This document shows, one piece after another, positions 28,601 to 41,760 of a stretch of DNA of 64,000 nt. This stretch comes from Cycas panzhihuaensis. Lineage: Eukaryota; Plantae; Cycadophyta. The translations under genes and the position numbers were made by a program. The stretch is from NCBI GenBank assembly GCA_023213395.1, contig CM041465.1:85567741-85631740 (forward strand), written 5' to 3'. The first letter of the stretch is position 1. Every line of letters starts with the position of its first letter. The notes beneath the pieces are model-generated. The model was not told the origin of the DNA. It worked only from the letters and a program-made list of their open reading frames with translations, and made no database searches.

Positions 28601-29700
28601 CATTATTTTATTTCTCCTTCATAAGTTATTAATTATCCTCTTGAGATGGAAATTTTAAAATATTCTATGTTTTCTATTAGTATTGTGGCTCTTTTAGCAA
28701 CTCGAATGTTAATGAAGTTGTGGATGCTACTTGGGTTGATGAGTGTAATTGCTTTATCTTTTCTTAGTAATTTAAAGAATTTTATTGTATCAAGTCTTTA
28801 GATCCTTAACATAGGCACAAGCGATATCCATAGTTATCCATTATCTAATTTTGGTGTGTCTTACTCTTCCTATATTATTTCAAAATTTTCTTGAGGTTCA
28901 TTATTATTGTCATCTTCTATTTCTATGAAGTAAAGCTTTATTTCAATACAAGTTTGTCCTTTACTCCATAGTTGCTTACAAGTATGGAAGAGACCAAGGG
29001 CTCTCTCCTTTGCTCTTTCAATCTCACAGGTTCCTTTTGTGGTGTTTGATTGTACTAATTGATTAGTTTGGGTTGCATTTCTTACTGGGAATCCTTGAGT
29101 TGTTGGTGATTTAAAGTCTAGCTTTTGAAATGTTTGGGTGTTGGCCTAGAACTTCCTCTATTATATGAGTAGATTTTTTACTTCTATTTGTCATGCTAGT
29201 TGAGTAACTTCATCCAATGTGCTTGGTGTAAATCAATAGATATCCTCTTAAATTCTAGGTTATGAGTTATTGATGTAATATAGAAGGGCATCCTTTAATT
29301 TGGTTCTTACTTTGACATGTACCTTTTTAAATTCTTTAACAAGCTATTTGATAGTTCTATTCTCTTTGTAATAATGTGCTAGTTGGACTTCCTATGGGTC
29401 ATTCCACCTTTTTATTATATGCTTACTAAAAGCTTCAATAAACTTAGAGAATTATGCTATTTTCTTGTTTTCTCTTCTCTATAGGGTTATCCAATGATAG
29501 ATGGTTTCTATCAAGTGTTCTACGGTGAAGTTGATTTGGTCATGGCTATTATAAATTTGGAGAGTTTTAAAGGAATTACTAATTTTGGCCAAATCTTCAT
29601 GAAAGTCTACATTGCCTTCGAGGGAGTAACTCGAGAATTTTAGTGCAGTGGCAAAAGATTAATTATTTATAATGTTAATTTTTCTTGTACTCCCCTTTAG
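25690..29700 (-). mobile_element. Decayed chromovirus-like Ty3/gypsy gag-pol remnant; LTRs not resolved
   Basis: Minus strand: protease-like TLINPSSIHNF (~28720), RT MTFKLTNAPTTFQ (~27790), RNase H region (~27300), integrase, GPY/F-like FYDPYQI (~25800) and SRIHNVFHV (~25730); gypsy domain order PR-RT-RH-INT. Confidence 0.82.
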
Positions 29701-32239
29701 TGTCCTCTATTTTCTTGTTTTGATAATTGCCATTGGCATCCTCATTCCTTTTTTTTTTTTAGCTTGAATTTTGTGGTTAATCTTTTAAGCCTTACCAACA
29801 TAACATCAAATTTGCCATTTGTTTCCTTCATATATCTATTGAATCTATGATTATTATCCTCTACATATCTTTCCAAAACTTGGTAGACCATTCTAATGAT
29901 GTTAGATGTTTTAAGCACCATTTTTCCCTATTTTTTAGTGGTTTGAAGGAATTTGATTTCTTGAATTCTAAGAGAAGATCTATAGTTGATTGAAAGTTGA
30001 ATTTGATAGCATTTGTAATGGTCCAGGGCTAGGGCTTTCTATAGATTATTCTTGTTTAATAGCAATCTTAGCACAATGCAATTCCACTTCTAAAAGAAAA
30101 AGTTCTTCAAGCTAAGAAAATGTATCTTTAAAAAGAAAATTACAATGAAAAGAAGTATTATTAAAAAAATAGGCTATAAAACTAAATTAATTACTATAAA
30201 TCCTTATATGAAGTGATAATAAAAAATGGTAATTATGAAATCTAAAATTGGAATTTAAGATAGGCTAGACCTCCTTCTTGAAAAGAGTGAGCTTCACCAA
30301 GATTCCAAGACTTGGAATGATGCAAATGTATTAACCTATACCTCTATTTATAATGAGTGATTTCTAATGAAGTTAGCTAGAATTAGTGTACATTTGTGCC
30401 CAAAACTAGTCTATTCAAGTTAGCCAACTAGGGTGTAGAAATGTCATGAATTATGGCCTTTAAGTAGGTTAACTAGAATGCATGAAGTCAGGCTCAATTA
30501 GTTGCTAGGATGAGATCTATAACAACTTTTCACAAAAAGAGTGCTTTACCAAATAAAGGTTTTTTCTTTATAGAAAATCCATTTATTGAAAAATATATTA
30601 AACATGTGTATCAAAAATATCAAGCATGTAATAACTTTATTTATTTTGAGATTTGTTCATGCAGTATGGATGCTAACAAGTATCTAATATGTAAACCAAC
30701 AAATGTCGAATGTACAAACTACCAAATATTTAGGAATTATAGAAGCTAATGTATATTTAGTGAGCAAAACCAACATATATTTTTAGATACATAAAATAAT
30801 GGATAAGCTTTATAGATAAAAAAGCATCATGTAAAAGATAAAGTTGTGAGAGACTATAAATAAATAAATAAATAAAAACAGATAAAATATTTAAATTAGA
30901 GGCCCTGTTTGCCTTCTTATATCCAAAATTGGCATAATTATTGATTTTATAGCAACATTCAAGACCCACCCTTTAAGCATTATGGGTTTGCTATAAAAAC
31001 CTATCAAATCTTGGTGAGAGTGCAAGGCATTTTAGAAGAAAAGTATGTGTGATTCATTGCTATAATACTTAAGGAGTTGAAGTATAAGAAACATCAAAGT
31101 AGCATTAATAAAAAATGTTTTTAGGATATAGCATATTGTAAAGGTAGATTTATGATGTGCATATTCCTCCACTTCTCTTGAACTTGAAATATAATTATCC
31201 CTATTTTGGTGGTATGGATTAGATTTTATATCATTGGTGGAGTTTATTATAATATGGAAGTAATTAGGTGTCACATGCTCACATTTATTATCAACAAAAT
31301 TATCTTTTTATAGGTTTATAAGTGAAGTTGTATAAGTTTTTGTGTAAAGCTTGTATAATAAGTTTTCTGGGTTAAATTCTAAGTTTAGTAGAGCTTGTAC
31401 ACATTATTCCTAATTGATCAAAAGTTAGGCTAATAACAGGGGCATGGAGAATGCAAGCACTATAAATACATATAAAGTCCTTCATTCACAAAACATCTTA
31501 TAATATGGAGAATGTTATCAAAAACTACTAAAATGAAATACACATAATAAATAGAATGATATGCGTGAAAGTGAGTAGAGGGGCATAGAATAAGGTTGAG
31601 CCTAAAGACCTACTAAGTGGTCTCACATGCCTTCCACTATGGATTGACCTCCCCTGGAAGGGGTTGGTTTAATGGCAATGATTGTTGGTTATGTCCCATG
31701 AGATCACTAATTCTATTTTCATGAGGTTGTGCAAATGGAAGACCCCATCTTATTGATTAATCCCTTTATTACTAAAACCAATGTTTCCACTGACAAGTGA
31801 GCTTAGTTCTTGGCCTTAAGTGAATTTTTACTTTCTCACACTTGTACATTGGTTAAATTTTATAAACAATTTAAAATTTGACCTTGTCAAGCAAACCAAA
31901 GAATGAAATATGAAAGAAATAGGAAATTTATAGCATTCCTGTTATAGCACCTTAATCTAAATCAATTGTGAATAGAACTAAGAAAAATAGTAACAAAGAC
32001 TTTGCCATAAAAAATGACCAAGGGCATGGCAAGACATCTGTACTTGACATTTTCAAGGTTTTTAGTTGTTATCATAGGCATTTTCATTATGAAATCCCCT
32101 CATGCTCTCAAACATTGAACTGGTAAACTGACCCGTTCCTCTTGGGGTGCAAGACTAAGCCATGATATGGTGAAATGTAGCTATACAGGAAAATGCAGGT
32201 GTAGGCCATGCTCTATACAACCAAAGTCCTCTCCAAGTC

Positions 32240-33497
32240 AAACAAGCAAGTGGTACGCACGACGAAAGCACCACATTTCGTGGGCTTACGAAACTCAACG
32301 ACAAAACTTTGTAGTTCAATGGGCCCAACGTCGGATTTTTAAACGAAGGAAACCAAGAAGCGGCAAGGTATAGTCGTGCTGATCTGGTCGTCCACGTCGG
32401 ACGGCAAACCGGGGTGCAAGCCGGCCAAAGGCCCCACGCGCTTCATCAATCTCCACCACGTCACTCCACTACCTCCTACGTCGTCTATCTGTTTTTTGAC
32501 GGCGCTCTGAGATTTGTACGTCAGAGAGACGGCAACACCTCCCAAGCGTTTTACCGTTGGTGGGCGATGGCAATGAGAATGGCGTAAACTTAGAATTGGA
32601 ATTGGAATTGGAATATGGTAATTGCTTATATTATAATTATATATGGTTTGATGAAGGCTATGACCTCCTTGGCCAAGAACCACATCTATTTGCAGTTTCC
32701 GTTGCGGATACTTATCATGTCAAAAGCCCGGTATCTGGTTTGTTGAATAATAAGACCTGGTCTACCGGCTGACAGCTTATTTTGGGCTGTGGACTGCACG
32801 CGGATACGCTTCCTTCCGCCTCAAACACCCGAATAAAAGCTTCTTCGATCATGTTTTTTCTCAGATATATCGCTTTGCATTCTTCCTCCGGGAGCTTTCT
32901 TTCCGTTTCCGAGGTTTTATTGGGCGCGTAGAACTGAGTTTTGCGAGATTTGGGGTTCTCCCGTCTTGGCTTTTCTCCAGCAGGATTGAAGCATTGGACG
33001 TTATAATCTCGGATTTGCGCAGGAAAAGGACTGGAGGGTCGGCCCTCAATCATACGGGAAGGGGAAGGATTAGGCCTGAGTCCCACTGCCCCACCAGTGA
33101 TCTTGGCAGAAAAAGCGATGGATTAGCCCTGAAATGTACTAATCATCTCAGAGATTGGGAGAAGAAACGTCTTGGCCTACTACTAACCCGTACTGATATT
33201 GACAGGAGAAGCGAATGATCACGGGGAACCAGGGATTTTGGCAGGAGGTGGCTGATCAGGACTAAATAAATCCTGCCATTCATTAGGAATTTTAGCATTA
33301 AAATGTGAATGATTGGGGTTAAACCCTAGTAGCTTTTTGGATTTGGGTTTTGGCAGGGAAAATGAACGTTTAGGCGTCGACTCTATCGCCTATTTGTGGA
33401 AATCCTTAGGAGAAGAAGAAAAAAGTAAAGGCGTAACGGATTGGTTCGAAGCTCACAGGCTGTGGAAAGGCGGTTGAATGTGTTTGAGACTGCAGAA
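32240..33497 (+). promoter_or_regulatory. CpG-rich promoter and 5' leader of the COBRA-like gene
   Basis: Abrupt switch from CpG-depleted TE DNA to CpG-rich DNA; clustered ACGT cores (CCACGTCG ~32392, CCACGTCA ~32456, TACGTC ~32477 and ~32517), site-II-like TGGGCCCA ~32320, telo-box-like AAACCCTAG 33321. TSS not determined. Confidence 0.55.
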
Positions 33498-35902
33498 ATG
33501 GTACCCAAAGTTCTTGTTTCCGTGTTTCTGCTTTATATTTTAAGCAATAGGTGGTGGGTTGAAGCACAGAATGTGGCAGCTCCGTCTCCAGCGCAGAATT
33601 CGTGCACTGGAGTTTACTTGTCTTACCAGGCGTCCTCTCCCCAGAAAACATATCCTTACGTTTCAAATCCTGCAAAACAAGCCTATGTATTTAAGTCTAC
33701 TGCAACCTTGCTGAACATGGGCGATGAGGACGTCAAGGCGTGGCAACTGTTCATTGGATTCCAACACAAGGAATTACTCGTGTCGGCAGATGGAGTGGTG
33801 ATTGGAGATGGGTCAATATTGCCTGCCCCAGTGGGCAATGGCACAGTTCTAGTGGGTTTCCCACAAACAGATCTCAAGACTGCCATTGAAACAGCCGGGG
33901 ACATCACCCAGATTCAAGTGAAAATCGATATGACAGGCACTGAGTTTGGGGTTGGACCGAAGGATTTTCCCATGCCAAAGAACATCAGCCTTTTAAATGA
34001 TGGATACAAATGCGGTCGCCCTCATGTGACAAGTAAGTCTTCGTTTCTGCGCATATCGTGTTTCTGGTTTTTAGATTCCTGCACATTAGATTTTAGTAGT
34101 GGTTGCCCGTAAGGGGCTTAAGTTTCCTGTTCATGGGTATAGGATAGCATTCCTTAAGGTTCAGAATGATCAACAGAATTTTCTGGTCACGTTTCAATCT
34201 GTGTTTTCTGGATCACGTCCATTGCTGTCTGATACCATCCATCCGCCGGGAACTTTATGGGTTCTGTGAAAAGGTGCCAGTTTGGAACAAACCAGGTCCA
34301 ATAGTTTGATCGGTGCCACGAGAGCGTTGACTTCGATGCTATTTTGTTATAAATTAGTCTTTCAGAGGGGTAGCACTGGTTGATTGATTTTCACACGGGG
34401 GATGGGGTTTGTGAAAGTGCTTGGAGTCGCTCTGTTTTCGGCAAAGCATTCCTGAATAAACCCATTTGAATATTGTGCTTGCAGAGAGTCTGATGGAGGT
34501 TTGCTGTGAAGTAGATCCAAATGCTGTTGTAGACACTGCCTCAGAATCCCAATTTCTACCTCGTCAGAAAGGAGACCTGATCATTAGCTATGATGTCATT
34601 CAGACCTATGAAAACAATTACTGGGCGCAGGTCAATATTTCTAATGAGAATTCCATTGGTCGTTTGGACGACTGGAACTTGACTTGGGAATGGCAAAGGG
34701 GCGAATTTATTTATGCCATGAAGGGTGCACAGACACTAGAACAAAGGCTCGATGAGTGCCTCAATGGTGCAGCGGGGAATTACTACCAAAGTCTTGATTT
34801 TTCTCTTGTCATGAATTGTCAGAAAGCCCCAACAATTGTAGATCTCCCTCCAGAGATGGCTAATGATAAGAATGTGGGCAAGATTCCTTTCTGTTGCAGG
34901 AATGGCACTATTCTTCCTTCCATCATGGATCCCACAAAGTCCAAATCTGTATTCCAACTTCAAGTCTTCAAGATCCCACCAGATTTAAATCGAACCACCC
35001 TTTATCCTCCTCTAAACTGGAAGATCAATGGGGTGCTCAATCCTGATTACCAATGTGGACAACCAAGGAGAGTCAGCCCAACTCAATTTCCAGATCCCAG
35101 TGGCACACAGAGGATGACATCTGCCATTGCCTCTTGGCAAATAGTCTGCAACATCACTCAGGCAGCCAACAAACCAGCTCACTGCTGTGTTTCTTTCTCT
35201 GCTTTCTATAATGAGTCGGTCATCCCTTGTAAAACCTGTGCTTGTGGTTGCCCATCTATGATCAAGCCTCAATGCAGTCGTGATGCTAATGCCATGTTAC
35301 TTCCTTCAGATGCCCTGCTTATTCCTTTCAACAACAGAACTACGAAAGCTATTGCATGGGCTAGTCTGAAGCATTTTTCTGTACCAAAACCAACACCTTG
35401 TGGTGACTATTGTGGTGTGAGCATTAACTGGCATGTCTACTCTGACTATCTAAATGGCTGGAGTGCTAGAATCACTCTTTTCAATTGGGGTGATTATACT
35501 TTTGCAGACTGGTTTACTGCTATTGAGATAGACAAAGCCTTTCCTGGCTATGAAAATGTTTACAGTTTCAATGGAACTGAAATACCAGGGCGGAGAAACA
35601 CCATATTCATGCAAGGGAAACCAGGATTGAATTATTTGGTTGCAGAAAGTGATGGGACTGACCCATCACGTGATCCCCGGGTTCCTGGTAAGCAACAGTC
35701 AATGATTTCCTTCACTAAAAAGACTACGCCTGGCATAAACATTGTAGCCGGGGATGGCTTTCCTAACAAAGTCATATTCAACGGTGAAGAATGCACTCTT
35801 CCTCATATATTTCCTTCCGGAGCAGGGCACACGGTTGCAAGAAGCATCCCTGGTCTTTTGCTAGCAATTGTGATCCTTGCACTGTTCGAACATTTTTGGT
35901 GA
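33498..35902 (+). CDS. COBL: COBRA-like GPI-anchored cell-wall protein, COBL7/COBL10 subgroup; exons 33498-34032 and 34485-35902, 650 aa
   Basis: Signal peptide MVPKVLVSVFLLYILSNRWWVEA; subgroup-specific N-terminal domain (DLKTAIETAGD); COBRA domain (GRLDDWNLTWEWQRGEFI, PFCCRNGT); CCVS motif HCCVSFSAFYNESVIPCKTCACGC; hydrophobic GPI-signal C-terminus; phase-1 GT-AG intron joins the two ORFs in frame with no stops. Confidence 0.95.
34033..34484 (+). other. Single 452-bp GT-AG intron of the COBL gene
   Basis: Donor A|GTAAGT at 34033, acceptor TTGCAG| at 34484; splicing gives ...PHVT-K-SLMEVCC. Confidence 0.88.
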
Positions 35903-38900
35903 TGGCTCGTAATGAACTCAGTACAAAACCTCATTTTTGGGTTATGTTCTTTATTTGGGAGCTGATAAGGAATCAGAGCAAAGCCTCATTTTCAGAATTT
36001 GTACTTGATTTGGTAGCTGATAAGAATGCAGGACAAAACCTCTTTTTGGGTTTTGTGGTTGATTCTTTGATTTTTTTGAAAAGAAATTTGAGCCACTTTT
36101 ACAGAGTCATGGATGGGAGAATTACTTGATTATGAGGAAAGGTCATTGCTTTTGGCTTTGACAGAACTGAAATGGTGGAACATTGCGTTGGATTGAAAGT
36201 TTGCCCTCAATACTAAAAATGGGAGCCTCTGATGACAACAGAAGTTACATTGAATGCAGTTGCGGCTGCCAATTAATTGCAAGTAGAATTGAAGGATGAA
36301 CGTGGCTTCGAACAATTCTCTCTATCTCTCTCTTGATATTCTGAAAGTTTGCCAAGACAGAATGCTCATGAACACTACTGCCTGCTTTGATTATTTAAAC
36401 AGCTGGCTTAGTCTCTTTGTACTGTTTCTAAAATATTTGATTTGTTTGAAAGCTTTTCTTTATGGTTGCAATTATCCAAATGTGCCTGGTTTAAGTTGTG
36501 TTTGTGAGAAATTTCCAAAGACAACTTGTAGCAGCCTTTTCTAAGTTGAATTTTAATGCAATCTGGCAGTGTATAGTATACCTTCCTGTAACATTTTGCA
36601 CATGTTTCTCCATGAAATGTTTTCTTAGTGAGAATTCCAAGCTTCATTACAGTGATAGTGGGTATTGGACTTGTAATGCACTGCAGATGGAAGTTTGTAA
36701 TAAATTATAAATCCAAGAATGTCGAAATCACTCGAGGACAGATGCTGGTCTATGTTCCATACAGTCCAATGCCTCTAAATAGCCACGGTAATTTAAATAT
36801 GTGCTGTTCACAGCAATTCGTAGCCCAACAAGACTCTAATGACAAATCGATAAACAGCCCATAATTTGACAGAAGAAAAATTGCATAGCAATCCCTAATC
36901 TAAGTTGAGAGAAGACTCTACATTGAGCATGTTCAAGTATAGGGCAGCTCTCCTCCCCTGTTTGGGCCAGGTAGGATCCAAGAGATGCCTAAATCCAATT
37001 GTATTTTAGAGTCTGGAGTCTGGCCCAAATAACACTTTATTGCAGGTAAAGGCAAGGTAAATCTATTGAGATCGTGTACTGCTCAACCCTATTTTAAAAG
37101 TAAATTCTTAATCAATGACAAATACTGCTTTAAAGCTTAAACCTTTCTCAGGGGAATTACATTTATGGTATTGGTTACAAAATTTGGTCTACTTCATAGT
37201 TACGCCATAACATGTTCCATTGCACACCTATTTGGGAGATGCAAAAAGTTTCATTGGATGAAACATTGCCAAAATTTCTGGTTCAATTTCTAGATTATCA
37301 AGGAATGCCTGCATGTGTTGTATGTGTCATGAGACAATATTGTAATGATATGTGAAATATTATTGAACACTAGTATTTCATTAATTTCCAAAAATGCTTT
37401 ACATCATTGCACAAAAAGAAAAGACTAGCCTGATGGGTGCTGGAATTCCTGCACAGTGTTTTGGGAGCCTTTTGCTGTCATTCAAGCCAAAAAAGACTGC
37501 TAAAAGATCACAACAGAGTTTGAGGATTGTGACTGGGAAACTGTGTGGATCGCAATCTGCTTGACTAATTGCAATCTGCTGTTTGTGACCAGTGACATGG
37601 CAGTCATGGCCGGCTTAAGTCTGCAGTGCACTTTTTGTTATATTTTGTTATTGTATCAATAGGAAGTTAAGTAATTAGTTAGTTGGAAGGGTAGTTAGGA
37701 GAATAACACGTAAAAGGCTCAAATAATGTAATTTCAACCATGGAAGTGTGGGTGCATATCTGGCAACTGGTCTATTTTCTTTCTTCTACCTGTTGTGTAA
37801 CATCTGGTCTTGAGTCTGATCTGTATTAAGCTGGTCTGTTGTACTTGAGGTTTGCATCTAGTTGTTAGAGGACTGGATGCAATCTGCTTTGTTTGAATAA
37901 AGAGAATTTGCGCCATGCCTACATATAATGAATGTCATGCATAGTGTGGTTCTGTGACAATACTCTCAATGTGCTCTCTACTTTGCATGGTGCGCAATGT
38001 GGTTATGCTTAAATCTGTTGTAGAGGCTGGGTAGAGAACACGCATTGGTTCTGTTGTCAGTTGAATTACAGGTATCTCAAAGGGAGCATGAGTAAGTTAT
38101 TGGTTAAAGAACAAAACAATTGACAGTAGAAATCCATCAGGAATGGCCCTTTGGAGCTGAATGGAAAAGTCAGAGGTCTTCTGATACCACCTAAAGCTTT
38201 TTGAGCAAAGTGCTGGTGGAATCCAGAGATGAAAGAAATAAATGGTGGGAATATAAGAAATTAGCGGGTGTAAGGAAACCACAGTTTCCAGCGAATTAGA
38301 AGAAACAGGCAAAGAGGATGCTGGGAGGAAGGTCAGACAGCGGAGGACAGGTGACCCAATGGTAAAAGGGGAATACAGTGGAAGTGTGGTTGCAGCCATT
38401 ACAACCCCTGATCAACAGTTCCCTTTTTTGCAGGGAAATGTAAGTGGGGGGAGGAGTTTCCTTGCAAATCCTTGAATTAAGACAGTAAATAATGACAAGC
38501 TAATGGAGATGTGGTGGACAGGTGTTGTGGATAAAGTTCCCTTAACTATTCCACTCAATTATATCTAGCAGCACAAAGGTCGCTTCAGACCTTCTGAACA
38601 ACTTCTTCATATAGTAATAATGAAGAAGCAAGTCAAGAAACAAAGGATTCTTCAAGTAGCATTGGAGGATTTGGTCACGTCTCCAGAACTTTAAACACCT
38701 TATATAGGTAGATGGAATCCATTATATAAGAAGTATACAACAGTACCACTTACGGGGGACAGAGCACTGTTGCAGGAAGTAACACACCACTTGAAGGGGG
38801 CTGGACTCCATCTTGAGGAAGCAGAATACCACTTAGAGGGGGTATGATACCCCCATGAGGTTGGAATCAGTAAGGGCAGCCAATGGCTCCCTATGTAATT

Positions 38901-39615
38901 ATGCAGAATGATTCTACATTGGGCACCTTGTAGTGTGATGGCATTGGGGATCCAGCAAACCATTTGGTGCTTTTCAAAAATTTGATTAAGATTGAAAAGA
39001 ACCGAGATTTGGAAGACTAGATTTTTTCCAACACTGTGAGACATGGCCATATGATGGTATCAGGATGTGAATGCAACTAATCCTCCATGGGATAAGATGC
39101 AGACCTCGTTTTTGGATTGATTTAAAAGTTGAGAGATCCATTGGCAATCCTCCAAGTTTTGGAGGAAACTAGACAATTTCTAGGGGAATCAACAATATAT
39201 TTTGATGGAAGAATGTGGATCTCTATCATTAAGATGGACCTCACTAATTTCATTTTCCTGGCGCGTTAACTATTCACAAGTTAAAATGCCCAAGGGAAGA
39301 CGTACCATGTCCACTATGTTTGAAATGAATGCCATATAGAATATCAAGATGAGATATGGTGCAATATTTGCCAAATGGAAAATCATTGCACAAGAGAATA
39401 TACTTTTAAAGCAAACAAGGCTACACCTCCAAAATGTGGACAAGATGGATTTCATAGCTTCTGAGAAGTTTGAGATATCTATTTTCAGAAGATGGACCGT
39501 ACTTCTTTCAAGCAATACAAAGGGAGAATAAAGCGGGTTCATTGTCATCTATGTCTCCGTTAGGGGCATCTGGGAATAGATTGCCCATTTTTTGAGAATT
39601 CTGGGCATATGGAAT

Positions 39616-40465
39616 TGTGTGCAGGTGAAAATGCACACATATTTTGGTTGAAGTTGCAATTGTGATTGGGTTGCAGTGTTGTTACAGTCACAACCAAGTC
39701 ACAATTGAAGTCACAGTTGTGACTAGGTTGGAGTTGGAGTTGGAGTCACAGTTGCGACCAGGTTGCAGTTGCAACTACGTTGTAGTTGGAGCTGTGGATG
39801 CGATCAAATCGTAGTTGAAGTCGCAATTGCGACCAGGTCACAGTTGGAGCTGCGGTTGAGACCAGATCGTAGTTTAAGTCACGGTTGCGACCAGATCGTG
39901 GTTGGAGCAGCAGTTGCGATCAAATCATAGTTGAAGCCACGATTGTGACCAGGTTGCAGCTAGAGCAGTGGTTGCAACCAGATCATAGTTGAAGCCACGG
40001 TTGCGACTAGATCACAATTGGAGCAACAGTTGCAACCAGATTGTAGTTGAAGCCATAATTGTGACTAGATCACACTTGGAATAGCGATTACAACCAGATC
40101 ATAGTTATGACCAAATTGTACCTGGCACAAGTGAACAAGAATTGACCATTTTGTTATTTTCTATTGTATTGTTTTGTTTATAACCAATGGTGGTTAAATC
40201 GTTTGTTTTTCATGTATAAAAAGAGTCGGTTTAGGAATTAAGGGAGAAGCGAGTGTGTATATGCATGATTCTTCTTGCTATAGCAAGCTTGACACTGTAA
40301 CTATAATCCTTGTGTACTGTCCGGGCTTGCGTCTGGTTGTGAGAGGACTAGACGCAGTTCCCTATTTCCAATAATATCATGTTTTGCATCATATTTGGTA
40401 TTCTTTGTGCTTGCTTTATCTAATTACTATTGTAATTTGTACGTAGAGATAGAGCGAGGCACACA
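39616..40465 (+). mobile_element. Solo LTR inserted in element H gag
   Basis: Termini TGTGTG...CACACA; TSD GGAAT/GGAAC; shares a hairpin motif (40328-40356) with the element H LTR (37853-37881). Confidence 0.8.
39640..40110. repeat. 29-bp minisatellite with 58/116-bp higher-order structure inside the solo LTR
   Basis: Units such as ACCAGATCGTAGTTGAAGCCACGGTTGCG alternate with ACCAGATCACAGTTGGAGCAGCAGTTGCG; about 10 regular units 39802-40100 plus degenerate ones upstream. Confidence 0.9.
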
Positions 40466-40782
40466 GGAACATGAGTGAGTAAATTGTTCAAAAAATCCCA
40501 ACCATAAGAGACAAACTTCAAATTTGGCAATAAAGATATTTGATAATGAAGAAGTAGAAGAAAGCAATCAACAAGAATTTATTTGCAAACCCATCAGTGG
40601 CAGAATTTTGCCACAACCAATTAAAGAGTTCATATTTTTGGAACCTACAATGGAGAAAGCCTAGCTATAGGAAGCGGTTGAAACTGTTTGAGAAGAGATG
40701 CAAATCTAGGACTGATAGGAAAAGGAGAAACGACAAAAAACAACAGAAGATATGCAACCATCTTGATTGAAGGGAGTCACTT

Positions 40783-41760
40783 ATAATAGATGTAAAATGA
40801 CAACTTTGTAAGAACTACTACACACAAAGGAAACCAAAGCAACGATAGAAACTCAATCAATGAACCCATGGTAGAGATTGCAAGCATTATGAGAATTACT
40901 AATAGGGCTAGGAATTCCAGTTCTTATTATTGTTGTTTTTTGCTAGTGGGGGTGGGTTATTTCCAACAAGCTTTGTTGGATTAAATTGAGCAATTAGCGC
41001 TGGAAACTTGGAAGAATAAATCAGTTAAACCCTGAGTTCTAATGGTAATCTTCGCTGAGACTGTTTGTAAAACAATCGTTGATGGAGGATTTGTAGTCAA
41101 TATCTTAATAGAGACAGCTTGGATATCCTGAGGAAGACCTACAACAATAGCCTCAAACTATTCTATTAGGTTGGTAAACCAAACACAAGTTAGATCGATG
41201 GGTAGCCTTCTAGGAATCTTAGTGGAAGTACCTACTATTACAATGGTGTTTGATTTTGCAGTAGTTCGCATATAAAATCATAACAATAGATGTAAAATGA
41301 CAACTTTGTAAGAACTACTACAAACAAAGGAAACCAAAGCAACGATAGAAACTCAATCAATGAACCCATGGTAGAGATTGCAAGCATTATGAGAATTACT
41401 AACAGGGTTAGGAATTTCAGTTCCTATTATTGTTGTTTTTTGCTACTGGGGGGTGGGTTATTTCCAACAGGTTTTGTTGGATTAAATTGAGCAACTAGCG
41501 TTGGAAACTTGGAAGAATAAATCAGTTAAACCCTGAGTTCCAATGATAATCTCCGGTGAGACTGTTTGTAAAACAATCGTTGATGGAGGATTTGTAGTCA
41601 ATATCTTAATAGAGACCTACAACAATAGCCTCAAACTATTCTATTAGGTCGGTAAACCAAACACAAGTTAGACCGATGGGTAGCCTTCTAGGAATTTTAG
41701 TGGAAGTACCTACAATTACAGTGGCGTTTGATTTTGCAATAGTTCACATATAAAATCATT
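40783..41760 (+). repeat. 500-bp tandem duplication spanning the element H protease
   Basis: 40783-41282 and 41283-~41760 are near-identical; the second copy lacks ~23 bp near 41615. Confidence 0.93.

Noticed and set aside
31655-31800. Possible decayed tRNA-derived SINE (GGGGTTGGTTTAATGG...GAGATCACTAATTCTATT)
   Set aside because: B-box too degenerate and no TSD or tail found; cannot be supported without a family consensus.
32167-33218. Short ORFs upstream of COBL on both strands
   Set aside because: No recognisable domains; expected by chance in GC-rich promoter DNA.
33441-34112. 223-aa ORF as a separate gene with TTG start
   Set aside because: It is COBL exon 1 plus intron read-through; the ATG at 33498 begins the signal peptide.
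39640-40110. CRISPR-like regularly spaced repeats
   Set aside because: No unique spacers, no cas genes, plant TE context; it is a minisatellite within an LTR.
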